This document shows positions 55,845-64,000 of a stretch of 64,000 nucleotides of DNA, in pieces. The notes under the pieces were generated by a model. The model worked only from the letters and a program-made list of their open reading frames with translations. It was not told the origin of the DNA and did no database searches. The stretch's first letter is position 1, and every line of letters begins with the position of its first letter. Position numbers and translations under genes: made by a program. The stretch covers positions 275,118 through 339,117 of the forward strand of contig DASTXL010000002.1 of assembly GCA_035758565.1 (NCBI GenBank). Reading direction: 5' to 3'. The stretch comes from Candidatus Saccharimonadales bacterium. Lineage in GTDB: Bacteria; Patescibacteriota; Saccharimonadia; Saccharimonadales; UBA10212.

Positions 55845-57059
55845 ATGGACGAACCTAAAGTTTTTGATATCTCTAAACCAAAGCCAAGTGCTGGAACCAG
55901 GCCGGTAATTACACCGGTTCCGACTCCAGACCCAATGGTTAAAACGAAAACACCAGCCCCCGCAAAAGTAGTGTCTAATGACGAACCGGCCGGTGAAAGC
56001 ATAAAAGTTAACGTCACGCCGCCGGCGCCAGCTACTATACCTTCATCACCTGTTTCTGTTGATCCTGTACCCGAACCGGTGCCGCCAGCCGAGCCGATTG
56101 TTCCGACTACGCCTGAACCCGAGATAACCGATATTCCGGTGAGTCAGGCTCCAGCCCCAACGCCGGCTGCCCAAGCCAGCGTGCAACATATTGAGGCGCC
56201 GAGCACTGTTTCGCCGTCGCTGCCCGGAGTTAACGGAACTAGCTTTGATAACATTCCAAAGTTTGGTGAATTGCAGCCAAAAATTGATGCTCACCCGCTA
56301 TTTTCTGGCAGCAAAGACCACCGTGTTAAAGTTCGTAGAACACCTAGATTTGCCTGGCCGCTAGCCACTCTGCTAGTTTTGATTGTTGTTGGCTATTTAG
56401 CGGTTGATGCTGGTGTGGTTCGCGGCTACTCTCACTTGCCCTTCCATTTCTTTAAAGAAAAGCAGGTTGCCGATACCCCGGCTATTACGCCGCCGGCAAC
56501 AACGGCCTCGGCTTCGCAAACCCAAGCTTCTACCGATCCTTATGCTGACTGGTTGAGCTACCATTCAACAGCCTTTGGCTACAGCTTTAAGTTTCCTAAA
56601 GAGTTTGTATCATTTACTGCCCAAAAAACTGCCGATGCAAATATTACCAGCACCTTTGTGAGCACCAGTCCCTCCTCGGCTGTGGATGGTGCACAGGGCC
56701 CAATTACTCTTACTGATTACAAAACGGCTACAGTAGCCATCGCCACCTACAAAAATGGTCCTTCGATTGCTCTGCAAAACGGCAACTGGATAGTAACGAC
56801 CGCGAATTCTCTCGATCCAAATAAGTACAAAGTTGGCGATACTTTCAAAGATATCAGTAGCGTTACTAACAATCAGCAGGCTGTTTACACATTCCAAACC
56901 AAAGACGAGTCTTCTCTAAGCTATAACATAGTCTTTGTTGCTAAGAACTCGCTGCACGAAATAAGTTTGCCGGGCTTTGTTACTTCTTCGTCCACAGATC
57001 AAAGTACCTACGACGCAATGTACAGACAACTTCGCGACAGCCTTGAGCTCACGCCTTAG
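55845..57059 (+). CDS. hypothetical Pro-rich membrane protein
   Basis: 404 aa: Pro-rich N-terminus, one TM, globular C-terminus. Confidence 0.4.
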   Translation: MDEPKVFDISKPKPSAGTRPVITPVPTPDPMVKTKTPAPAKVVSNDEPAGESIKVNVTPPAPATIPSSPVSVDPVPEPVPPAEPIVPTTPEPEITDIPVSQAPAPTPAAQASVQHIEAPSTVSPSLPGVNGTSFDNIPKFGELQPKIDAHPLFSGSKDHRVKVRRTPRFAWPLATLLVLIVVGYLAVDAGVVRGYSHLPFHFFKEKQVADTPAITPPATTASASQTQASTDPYADWLSYHSTAFGYSFKFPKEFVSFTAQKTADANITSTFVSTSPSSAVDGAQGPITLTDYKTATVAIATYKNGPSIALQNGNWIVTTANSLDPNKYKVGDTFKDISSVTNNQQAVYTFQTKDESSLSYNIVFVAKNSLHEISLPGFVTSSSTDQSTYDAMYRQLRDSLELTP

Positions 57060-57077
57060 CTTGGTAGAATAAGTTAA

Positions 57078-59261
57078 GTGCAAGATTTACTAGCTGAGCT
57101 TAATGATGAGCAGCGGCGGGCGGTCGAGGTAACCGAGGGCCCGCTTTTAATTCTGGCTGGTGCGGGTAGCGGCAAAACCAAGACCCTGACCCACAGGATT
57201 GCTTACATATTGGAGCAGCATAAAGCTACGCCTTTTAATATTTTGGCCGTGACATTTACAAATAAGGCTGCCGGCGAAATGCGCGAGCGCATCTGGAAGC
57301 TTACACAAGGTGGTAATGCCGGCGATGACATTCCGCGCGGCTTCATGCCTTTTATGGGTACTTTCCACAGCATTTGCGTGCGGTTGCTGCGTCAGGACGG
57401 CGAGGCCTTTGGCGTTCCGCGTAACTTCGTAATTTGGGATGAGGCCGACCGCCAAGCGGCCGTTAAACAAGCCGCTCGGGCGCTAAGTCTTGATGAAAAG
57501 CAGTTTCCAGCGCGCATGTTGAGCTCGTTGATTTCCAGCGCCAAAAACGAAATGGTTAGCCCGGCCGAGTTTGCAGCAACCGCCGGTAATACCCCAGCCG
57601 CCCAAGCGGTTGCCAAGGTTTATCCGGCGTACGAACGACTGTTGCGCGAGGGCGCCGCATTAGACTTTGACGATTTAATTAGCCGTACAGTACAGATGCT
57701 GAAAGATCACAAACAAATCCGCGACAAATGGCAACAGCAATTCAAGTACGTAATGGTTGACGAGTATCAAGATACCAACGCCGCTCAGTACCGCCTGGTG
57801 AAACTTTTAACCGGACCGCATAAAAATATTGCCGTGGTTGGCGACGACTGGCAAAGTATTTATTCTTGGCGCGGCGCCGACTTTAGAAATATTCTTAATT
57901 TTGAAAAAGATTATCCAGGTTGTGTGGTTATCAAGCTTGAGCAAAACTACCGTAGTACCAAGAATATCTTGGAGGCCGCCCATAAAGTTATAAGTCAAAA
58001 CCGCCAGCGCAGTGATAAAAAACTGTGGACGGCCAGCGCCGCCGGATCTCCGGTACAGGTTTTGCCGGTTGCCAGTGAGCGGTCCGAGGCCGAAACTATT
58101 GCCCGCCGTATAAAAAACGCCGTTGATATGCGCGCTCGCAATTATCACGATTTTGCTGTTCTTTACCGCACCAACGCTCAGGGCCGCGCTATTGAAGAAG
58201 TTCTGCTCCACTACGGTTTGCCGTACAGAATTGTTGGCGGGGTGCGTTTTTACGACCGCAAAGAGATCAAAGATATTGTTGCCTATTTACGCTTAATTTA
58301 TCAGCCGGACGATACGGCGGCCTTTGAGCGAGTAGTAAACGTGCCGACTCGGGGCATTGGTCCACGCTCTATAGAAGTTTTTAACGAGTGGCGGCAAACT
58401 AATAACTATTCCTTAAGCCAAGGCTTAGCTATGGTTGAGCAATGCGCTGAACTGACACCCAAAGCTCGGCTTGGCCTAGTTCAACTTGCTGATATTGTTG
58501 CGAGTTTTCGTGAGCAGATGAGCGAACAAATCCCATCGGTCTTGATTGACAGTTTAGTCAAAAGGTTGAACTATCTTAATTATTTGCAAGACGGTTCGCC
58601 GCAAGGGGATGCCCGCGCCGAAAACGTCCGTGAGCTTTTGAGCGTGGCTGCCGAGTACCAAGACGTGGGTCTTGATGATTTTTTGGAAGAGGTTTCGCTA
58701 ATTACTGACCTAGAACGCGCTAACCAAGAACCCGACTCAATCGTATTAATGACTCTGCACTCTGCTAAGGGTTTGGAATTTCCGGTTGTTTTTATGACTG
58801 GCCTTGAGGAATCCATTATGCCTCACAGCCGAGCACTTTATGATGCCAACGAAATGGAAGAAGAGCGCCGGTTAATGTACGTAGGAATGACCCGCGCTCG
58901 GGAGGAACTATTTTTGAGCTACGCCACTGAGCGAACTTTGTTTGGTGGTCGCCAGCATAATCCGCCGAGCCGGTTTATTTCCGATGCTGGAATAACTTCG
59001 GTAGCCGAGCCGGTTTATGCACAGTCTGGCTTTGGACAAAGAAAGTTTGAATCATCTTCTGCTAATGATTACTCACCGCTTGCTCCTTCAAGTGATGAGC
59101 CGCGCTATGTGCCAGAACTTGAAGAAGGCGATGGCGTGCGTCACCAAATATTTGGCGTTGGCACGGTGTTGGAATTAGATGGCGATACGGCTACGATTTA
59201 CTTCAAGGGCAAGGGTAGCAAGCGCCTAAACATATCTTTTGCCCCGATTGAAAAGTTATGA
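57078..59261 (+). CDS. pcrA: ATP-dependent DNA helicase PcrA/UvrD
   Basis: AGAGSGKT, DEYQDTN, TLHSAKGLEF, VGMTRA. Confidence 0.9.
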   Translation: MQDLLAELNDEQRRAVEVTEGPLLILAGAGSGKTKTLTHRIAYILEQHKATPFNILAVTFTNKAAGEMRERIWKLTQGGNAGDDIPRGFMPFMGTFHSICVRLLRQDGEAFGVPRNFVIWDEADRQAAVKQAARALSLDEKQFPARMLSSLISSAKNEMVSPAEFAATAGNTPAAQAVAKVYPAYERLLREGAALDFDDLISRTVQMLKDHKQIRDKWQQQFKYVMVDEYQDTNAAQYRLVKLLTGPHKNIAVVGDDWQSIYSWRGADFRNILNFEKDYPGCVVIKLEQNYRSTKNILEAAHKVISQNRQRSDKKLWTASAAGSPVQVLPVASERSEAETIARRIKNAVDMRARNYHDFAVLYRTNAQGRAIEEVLLHYGLPYRIVGGVRFYDRKEIKDIVAYLRLIYQPDDTAAFERVVNVPTRGIGPRSIEVFNEWRQTNNYSLSQGLAMVEQCAELTPKARLGLVQLADIVASFREQMSEQIPSVLIDSLVKRLNYLNYLQDGSPQGDARAENVRELLSVAAEYQDVGLDDFLEEVSLITDLERANQEPDSIVLMTLHSAKGLEFPVVFMTGLEESIMPHSRALYDANEMEEERRLMYVGMTRAREELFLSYATERTLFGGRQHNPPSRFISDAGITSVAEPVYAQSGFGQRKFESSSANDYSPLAPSSDEPRYVPELEEGDGVRHQIFGVGTVLELDGDTATIYFKGKGSKRLNISFAPIEKL

Positions 59262-59707
59262 AATTCTTGGGAAGACTATCTTTTATTTTGTCGCTGCCGC
59301 TACTTAGGGCGTATTTGCGACGAAGCAGGCGGGCTTACGGTCTGATAGTTTGCGGCAACGAAGTTGTTTTGGTCAAAGGCTGGCTCGGTCGCCAAAAATG
59401 GCAATTTCCCGGTGGCGGTACGAGGCACGGCGAAACCTCACCAGAAACCATAGTTCGCGAAATCAAGGAGGAGGTCGGGCTAGACATTGATTCAAAGAGC
59501 CTAAAATACATCGGGAGTGGCCGCTGGCAGACCGATGGCCTCGGTCACGACTACGACCTTTATTTATGCAAGTTCCCCAGTAAGAAATCACTAAAAACCA
59601 GAAGACCCGAGCTAATAGGGGCCGCTTGGGTAAAAGTTTCGGACCTAGACGCTACAAATTGTTCATCAGAAATCATCGAAGCGTTGCATAAGGTTAATTT
59701 GTTATAA
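59258..59707 (+). CDS. NUDIX hydrolase
   Basis: Nudix box GGGTRHGETSPETIVREIKEEVG. Confidence 0.7.
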   Translation: MKFLGRLSFILSLPLLRAYLRRSRRAYGLIVCGNEVVLVKGWLGRQKWQFPGGGTRHGETSPETIVREIKEEVGLDIDSKSLKYIGSGRWQTDGLGHDYDLYLCKFPSKKSLKTRRPELIGAAWVKVSDLDATNCSSEIIEALHKVNLL

Positions 59708-59770
59708 TAGGACTGCTTTTAAGGTGTCTGTCATTGACCTTGCGGTGGGCGCCCAAAGAGTTATTAGCTC

Positions 59771-61033
59771 ATGAGATTTATTCCAAGCTTAATTTCTAAT
59801 CCGTTAAGTACGGCGCGCAAGTTTGGCCGCCATCATGTGCACCAACGGCCTTACATTGTGCCCATATTAGGTATTCTTTTGGGGATCGCTATCGTTGGCG
59901 GTGTAATTTTAAGTCGCCCGACGCAAAGCTTGCGTCCTAGTGATTCGCACGTAGTTTATTTGTCTGATAACGGCCAGCGTGAAACGCTTGATACCAAAGC
60001 CGCTACTGTTGGCGAGCTAGTGGGCAAGCTGCCTCTGCATCTTATGCCGCAAGATGTAGTGGAACCTTCGCTTGACACTAAAATTGTGCAGGATAATTTT
60101 AGGATTAATGTTTATCGCGCCCGCCCGGTAACGGTCGAGGATAATGGCGTAAAGACCGTGACGATTACCGCTCAAAAAAGTCCGCGAGTGGTTGCCGAAA
60201 ACGCTGGTTTAACGGTTTACCCAGAGGACAATGTAAGCTTTGCACCCGGCAGTATTCAAGAGAATATTATCGGCGAGAAAGTAGTGGTTGATCCCGCCAC
60301 GCCAGTACAGTTCAGTCTGTATGGCACCCCTCTAACAATACGTACCCATGCTAAAACAGTCGCCGCCTTGCTTGAGGAAAAAAATGTAAAGCTATCCAAA
60401 GGCGACACTGTTCAGCCGGCTGGCGATACGCCAGTTACGCCGGGTATGCAAATCTTTGTTAATCGCAACGGCACTACAACTATTACCGCCCAAGAGCAAA
60501 TCCCAGCTCCGGTTCAAACAGTTCCGGACCCGAACCTAACTCTCGGCGCGACAGCGGTCCGCCAAGCTGGAACTCCGGGCGTTAAGGCTGTGACTTATCA
60601 AATCACTACTATCAATGGAGTCCAGACTAGCAAATCCATCATTCAGCAGGTTATTGTCAGCCAGCCAGTGGCGGAAATTCTGGCCCAGGGCACAAATGTT
60701 GATGTGGCGGGCAACAAAACTTCTTTGATGGCCGCCGCTGGTATTGGTCCTAGTGATTACGGCTACGTGGATTATATTGTCAGCCACGAATCCGGCTGGT
60801 GCCCGACTAAAGCCCAGGGCGAGGGTTACTGTCCGATTACTCCAGACAATTCCATGACGCCGAACGGCTATGGTCTTTGTCAGTCAACCCCGGGCTACAA
60901 GATGCAGAGCGCCGGCGCCGACTGGGCCACTAACCCAATTACCCAGCTGAGATGGTGTGACGGCTATGCTGCTGGCCGCTACGGCAGTTGGTATAGCGCC
61001 TATTTGCATTGGGCCGCTTATCATAATTGGTAA
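59771..61033 (+). CDS. DUF348/G5-domain protein with a C-terminal lysozyme-like (transglycosylase) domain (RpfB/YabE-type architecture)
   Basis: N-terminal TM, DUF348-like repeats, G5-like region (VRQAGTPGVKAVTYQ), C-terminal HESGW...YGLCQ motif. Confidence 0.65.
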   Translation: MRFIPSLISNPLSTARKFGRHHVHQRPYIVPILGILLGIAIVGGVILSRPTQSLRPSDSHVVYLSDNGQRETLDTKAATVGELVGKLPLHLMPQDVVEPSLDTKIVQDNFRINVYRARPVTVEDNGVKTVTITAQKSPRVVAENAGLTVYPEDNVSFAPGSIQENIIGEKVVVDPATPVQFSLYGTPLTIRTHAKTVAALLEEKNVKLSKGDTVQPAGDTPVTPGMQIFVNRNGTTTITAQEQIPAPVQTVPDPNLTLGATAVRQAGTPGVKAVTYQITTINGVQTSKSIIQQVIVSQPVAEILAQGTNVDVAGNKTSLMAAAGIGPSDYGYVDYIVSHESGWCPTKAQGEGYCPITPDNSMTPNGYGLCQSTPGYKMQSAGADWATNPITQLRWCDGYAAGRYGSWYSAYLHWAAYHNW

Positions 61034-61140
61034 ACCTTGAATGACAACCATCCGGTTTTCCTTCAACGCCGCTTTCGGAATGAATCCGAATCCGGCAATT
61101 GCCGGATCGCGGCTACTACCTTTCCCTTATAATTAATATA

Positions 61141-61971
61141 ATGAACGATATTCCTAAGAAGTCTTTAGGGCAACACTGGCTGCGTGACCCTCAGGTTTTG
61201 GAAGCCATTGTGGATTTAGCCATGATAGAACCCGCCGACACAGTGCTAGAAATTGGACCCGGCCTCGGCACCCTTACTCATTATTTGGCTAGGCAGGCTC
61301 GACACGTCGTTGCCGTGGAGTTCGATGAGGTATTGGCAGCCAAACTTCCGCAAAGAGTTCAGGCAGCAAACTTAAGCGTGGTTCAGGAAGATATTTTAAA
61401 GTTTGACCTACTGAGTCTACCCGACCGTTATAAGGTAGTCGCCAATATTCCATATTACCTAACGAGCAACTTGTTGCGTGTTTTAAGCGAGTCATTGAAT
61501 CCACCAAGACTTATGGTGCTTTTGGTTCAGAAAGAAGTCGCCGAACGGATTTGCGCCAAGCCAGGCCAAATGAGTTTGCTGTCGGTAGCGGTGCAGCTAG
61601 ATTACAGCTGCGAGCTCGGACCGGTCGTGCCTGCCGACATGTTCGAACCGCCGCCCAAAGTCGATTCACAAGTGGTGGTTTTGCGGCAACATTTTCAGCC
61701 GTTATTCAAACAGCTTGATAGGCAATTATTTTTTAGAGTGGTTAAAGCCGGTTTTTCGGAAAGGCGCAAAAAAGTACGCAGCAGTCTAGCCGCCGGCCTG
61801 CATCTAGAAAAGGGGCAGGTAGACCAGATCCTTTTAAGCGCCGAAGTCAACGGCGATCTTAGGGCTCAGAACCTGAGCCTAGCGCAGTGGCACCGTATTT
61901 ATATTGAGGTCGCCGCGATGCAAAGCCTTAGAAATTTTGTTACCTCCCCTGCTCCCCGCAAAAAAGCTTGA
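61141..61971 (+). CDS. rsmA: 16S rRNA (adenine1518/1519-N6)-dimethyltransferase
   Basis: KSLGQHWL, LEIGPGLG, NIPYY. Confidence 0.9.
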   Translation: MNDIPKKSLGQHWLRDPQVLEAIVDLAMIEPADTVLEIGPGLGTLTHYLARQARHVVAVEFDEVLAAKLPQRVQAANLSVVQEDILKFDLLSLPDRYKVVANIPYYLTSNLLRVLSESLNPPRLMVLLVQKEVAERICAKPGQMSLLSVAVQLDYSCELGPVVPADMFEPPPKVDSQVVVLRQHFQPLFKQLDRQLFFRVVKAGFSERRKKVRSSLAAGLHLEKGQVDQILLSAEVNGDLRAQNLSLAQWHRIYIEVAAMQSLRNFVTSPAPRKKA

Positions 61972-62021
61972 CGTGTTAAGTAATTGTCCTTAAGATTAGT
62001 TCATAAATAAGGATAAACACT

Positions 62022-62411
62022 ATGGCCAAAAGTAAGTTTCCTCCCCTGCTCCACTTGACGTACGTTTTACAACAAGCATCTGAAGAACTCCTACTTCGCG
62101 AAGCAGGGGTATCCTTAAGCCATGCCAGAATAATGAGCGGGCTAAGTCCTTCTATTGCTAAATCACAGCGCCAATTGGCGGTCGAGCTAAGACAAACCGA
62201 GGCGAATATTAGCCGCCAGCTGCAAGCAATGAAAAAATTGGGGCTGGTTAGCATTACCAAAAATAAAAAAGATGGCCGCCAGCGTGACGTCAAGCTAACG
62301 GCCAAAGGTTCGGGCAAATATCAAAAGGCCGAGGAACTGCTGGTTAAAGAACAAAGTAATCTGGTTCGGCTAGTCGACTTTGACGCCCAAAAACTACTTA
62401 CGAATCTCTAA
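62022..62411 (+). CDS. MarR family transcriptional regulator
   Basis: wHTH with QRQLAVELRQTEANISRQLQAMKKLGLV. Confidence 0.7.
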   Translation: MAKSKFPPLLHLTYVLQQASEELLLREAGVSLSHARIMSGLSPSIAKSQRQLAVELRQTEANISRQLQAMKKLGLVSITKNKKDGRQRDVKLTAKGSGKYQKAEELLVKEQSNLVRLVDFDAQKLLTNL

Positions 62412-62499
62412 ACGTACAGTTGGAAATTATTGACCTTTTGTGCTATAATAACAGTAGTCGAGGTGGTTAATTCATCCACTCGATGGAACTTGAGTTTTC

Positions 62500-62620
62500 A
62501 AATTTTCTAAGCCAGCGAGCGGCTTTGCCGACTCGAGCGCTTAGGAAATTTAGAGGAAGAACAAAGTCGTAAGTTGAAGTCTTGATATTCAAAACGAAAC
62601 AACGGCGCAAGTTCTGACGA
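62500..62620 (+). repeat. structured leader element, copy 9, abutting the tmRNA 5' end
   Basis: Long hairpin, AGAGGAAGA, GTCG, TGAAGTCTTGAtatTCAAAACGA, CGGCGCAAGTTCTGACGA, then GGGGCTGA. Promoter TTGGAA-18-TATAAT at 62420-62449. Confidence 0.7.
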
Positions 62621-63011
62621 GGGGCTGATTTAAGCTCGACGATCGGACATTAACAAATTTAGATGGCAGGTCGGTAAAGCACTGAACGTTATCCGGTGCA
62701 AGCCAATAACTGGCAACAAACTTACAGCTGCTATCGACAGCGTTCTCGCTAGTCGCCAGCCAGCTTACGCAGCCTAATTTAGGTTGCCATCGGCTATTTT
62801 GACGCCAGATAGAAGTATCAGCCGGTGTCATATCATCTGGACGCTCTGAAGCTTTCGGTAATCCGCCGAAGCTTTAGCTAAGATTTCCTGGATTGCCACC
62901 AAGGTTTTTTGACCGTTTCAAGCCTTGGTTTAAGTATCCAAACGGCCTAAGCCTGTAGTCATCAAATTTGTTACCAATCGGACGCGGGGGCAGTACCCGC
63001 CAGCTCCACCA
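62621..63011 (+). ncRNA. ssrA: tmRNA (SsrA)
   Basis: 5' GGGGCTGATTT, 3' GGACGCGGG..CCCGCCAGCTCCACCA, G3:U70. Internal reading frame ends ...ASRQPAYAA-TAA (stop 62775-62777); terminator at 63016-63045. Confidence 0.85.
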
Positions 63012-63145
63012 AAAACGCATCAGCTAGTTCGCTGGTGCTTTTTTGTTTGGTCTTATTTTCTATCTAGTGTTGCCGGCTGTCGTAAATTTATTTACTGCTT
63101 TTTGCTCGTAACCGGAGAATTATTGAACATTGAAGGGGGAAGTGT

Positions 63146-63511
63146 ATGACATTTAGGGAGATGGTTAAAAAGGTCCAGCACTATTCCGGATTTTCAGATT
63201 CCGAGAGCAAAGACGCTCTAGAAATGATGGTAGAAAGTTTAGCTGTGCACCTAACGGAAGGTGAGCGCAAAGATTTTGCCAGCCAACTGCCGCAAGAACT
63301 TAAAGATATGGCGCTGAGCGTCGACGCTACAGAAGAAAATTCGCGCGAAGACATGGTTAGGCAGTTTATGGAAATTGAAGATATTGATGAAAGCCGCGCC
63401 AAAAAGCAAATACTATCCGCTTGGCGGGTGCTCAAAGATGCTTTGAGTGAAGGCGAAATTAACCATATCCGTGATCAACTGCCTAATGCAACGGTGGCTT
63501 TTTTGCACTAA
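63146..63511 (+). CDS. DUF2267 domain protein
   Basis: 121 aa; pattern resembles DUF2267. Confidence 0.5.
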   Translation: MTFREMVKKVQHYSGFSDSESKDALEMMVESLAVHLTEGERKDFASQLPQELKDMALSVDATEENSREDMVRQFMEIEDIDESRAKKQILSAWRVLKDALSEGEINHIRDQLPNATVAFLH

Positions 63512-63520
63512 AATAGGTTT

Positions 63521-63934
63521 ATGAGTAAATATAAAATTGTTAATGCTAATGATGTTAAAGATGTTTACCAGGGCAGCAGCGTTCCTGGAGAATTTAGGAG
63601 TTTAACTAAAGACCTTGACTCCGACCAGCTAGCGGTAACCCTAATCCGGATCCCGCCTCACAGTGACTTTGAGCAAAGCACCGGCCACTACCACGATGAC
63701 ACTGAAGAGATCTACATCATAACCCGCGGCTTACTTACTATGCGTTTTGATGATGATATTCATCAAGTTGGTGCCGGTTCGGTGGTCAGGGTGGCGCCTG
63801 GCACCAAAAGATCACATCGTAACGAACACGAAGAAACAGTAGAAATGTGGGCGGTTTCACGCAAGGGTGGTCATGACGCCCACAAAATTACCGACTTTTG
63901 GAAAGCTTCCGACAAGGCCAAGCAAACGCGCTAA
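63521..63934 (+). CDS. cupin domain protein
   Basis: GHYHDDTEEIYIITRG ... VRVAPGTKRSHRN. Confidence 0.6.
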   Translation: MSKYKIVNANDVKDVYQGSSVPGEFRSLTKDLDSDQLAVTLIRIPPHSDFEQSTGHYHDDTEEIYIITRGLLTMRFDDDIHQVGAGSVVRVAPGTKRSHRNEHEETVEMWAVSRKGGHDAHKITDFWKASDKAKQTR

Positions 63935-64000
63935 CGCTTTTAGCCAACGGCGTGGTGGTGCCGGTGAACTTCGGCGATCTCTATGCCATCCCAAGTGGCC

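Noticed and set aside
62589-62831. 80-aa ORF on the minus strand
   Set aside because: It lies entirely within tmRNA and its leader.

Overview
Bacterial chromosomal window of mid GC content (judged by eye), densely packed with short genes on both strands. The gene content fits a reduced-genome, Gram-positive-type CPR/Patescibacteria organism, most plausibly Saccharibacteria; this is inference from gene content only. It includes a RimK cluster, NrtR-PnuC-NadR NAD salvage, ComEC, a type IV pilin, RuvABC/RecA/RecX/PcrA, FtsH, TilS, TsaB/TsaE, RNase Y, MurA-like/MurB/MurD/MurI, FolD/GlyA/5-FCL, Pgk/Tpi, an LPXTG protein with a sortase-like protein, and Rpf-type muralytic proteins. I could parse by hand 12 tRNA genes (all with encoded CCA) and one tmRNA. 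I saw no rRNA, CRISPR array, integrase or transposase. Main observations: (1) A ~110-nt structured leader family occurs in 10 copies, joined directly to the 5' end of 8 tRNA loci and of tmRNA, with compensatory base changes in at least one helix. (2) tRNA genes are flanked by partial copies of themselves: 18-33 nt direct repeats of the tRNA 3' end or 5' half, bracketing inserts of about 20-215 nt that share sequence with each other and with the leaders. (3) Two short islands of very high GC and G/C-ending codons each carry one gene with its own RBS and GC-rich hairpin, which suggests acquisition from a high-GC (actinobacterial-like) donor. (4) A ~650-nt GC-rich region upstream of murD has no credible ORF, is rich in hairpins, and may be a large ncRNA. 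A small promoter-to-terminator unit lies next to it. Coordinates of RNA features were derived by manual parsing and may be off by a few nt.
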